Both the position numbers and the translations under genes were made by a program. The notes under the pieces are model-generated. The model was not told where the DNA came from. It did not search any database and was given only the letters and a program-made list of their open reading frames with translations. A stretch of 64,000 nt of DNA from Dehalococcoidia bacterium (GTDB lineage: Bacteria; Chloroflexota; Dehalococcoidia; Lucifugimonadales; UBA3495): the NCBI GenBank assembly GCA_965261355.1, contig CBDHDK010000002.1:130456-194455 (forward strand). The letters are read 5' to 3'. Below are positions 63,510 through 64,000 of the stretch, piece by piece. How positions within the stretch are numbered: the stretch's first letter is position 1; every line of letters begins with the position of its first letter.

Positions 63510-63656
63510 GAGCGGCTGTCGGGATACCGGCAGCCGACAGATATCTACCTTATTGCCCTATCCGTGGCCCACAATGCGCGAATGGTGACACAAGATACCC
63601 GGATACCCTTGGGCACAGTCAGTGGAGCGACCGAGGAGCGCTTGGTGGCGACTTAG
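63510..63656 (+). pseudogene. PIN-domain (VapC-like) toxin, 3' remnant
   Basis: Only the C-terminal about 45 codons remain (PTDIYLIALSVAHNARMVTQDTRI...). The 5' part is replaced by the IS5 remnant. Confidence 0.5.
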
Positions 63657-63660
63657 ACCG

Positions 63661-64000
63661 TCAGTACTTCCATTCGGGGTTGCGCTTTTGGAGGAAGGCG
63701 GTTATGCCTTCGTGGGCGTCTTCCTTGAGGAGGTTGTCGACCATCACCTTCTGGGCCATTTCGTAGGCGGCGGGCCGGTCGAGTTCGATCTGACGGTAGA
63801 AGGCGGGCTTGCCCATGGCGAGGGTCTGGGCGCTGGCGGAGGCTATCTGTCTGCCCAGGGCAGCAACGTTGTCGTCAAGCTCGTCGTCGGGGACGACGCG
63901 GTTGATGAGGCCGATTTCCAGGGCCTCGGACGCCGGAATGGGCGTGCCGGTCAGCAACATTTCCATCGCCTTCTTGGTGGTGGCAACAGAGCGGGCCAGC
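63661..64000 (-). CDS. enoyl-CoA hydratase/isomerase (crotonase) family protein, partial (5' end outside window)
   Basis: The C-terminal part reads MEMLLTGTPIPASEALEIGLINRVVP...EGITAFLQKRNPEWKY. The ORF is open at the window edge. Confidence 0.8.
   Translation of the reverse strand, partial: LARSVATTKKAMEMLLTGTPIPASEALEIGLINRVVPDDELDDNVAALGRQIASASAQTLAMGKPAFYRQIELDRPAAYEMAQKVMVDNLLKEDAHEGITAFLQKRNPEWKY

Overview
GC-rich bacterial chromosomal segment, densely coded on both strands. I call about 60 protein genes, one tRNA and no rRNA or CRISPR. The content is mostly housekeeping: priA, rplS, acs, speH-speE, lysC-thrB, yceD-rpmF, fabD-nusB-acpP, a family-4 UDG, RNase J, ftsK, holA, rnhB-yraN and mnmA. 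These are mixed with many flavin and hydrolase catabolic enzymes: two luciferase-like monooxygenases, an acyl-CoA-dehydrogenase-type oxygenase, a DAO-type FAD oxidase, a haloalkane dehalogenase, cyanase, a PrpD/MmgE-like protein, an M24 peptidase and a ComB-like phosphatase. That enzyme mix plus the high GC suggests a marine Chloroflexota-like (SAR202-type) organism, but this is only an inference.

Several short patches of visibly lower GC carry the accessory content:
- 4.9-6.5 kb, next to tRNA-Val.
- 11.4-12.3 kb.
- 14.4-15.1 kb, with an orphan HEPN/PaREP1-like gene.
- 50.9-52.9 kb, with a decayed TcmP + DUF5131 (Gp37/Gp68) two-gene module.
- 57.8-58.4 kb, with a DUF4258-like/DUF2283 toxin-antitoxin-like pair.

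The most notable items are:
1. A 699-aa single-ORF fusion of a DapA-type aldolase, an MfnB-like domain and a TusA-like domain.
2. The TcmP/DUF5131 module, which carries three in-frame stops and has lost one motif cysteine.
3. A perfect non-coding tandem array (5 x 17 bp plus 3 x 21 bp) between rpmF and fabD, and further 17-22 bp tandem duplications in other promoter regions.
4. An intact IS5/IS1182-type element with a CTAG(A) target duplication that cleanly splits a PrpD/MmgE-family gene.
5. A larE-larC-larB cofactor operon with no LarA-type user nearby.
6. A YbaY-like lipoprotein gene whose last domain repeat is cut off by a single in-frame TAG.
7. A conserved 31-nt triple-repeat motif present twice, 43 kb apart.

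All family assignments come from reading the translated ORFs against remembered family signatures. No database search was run.
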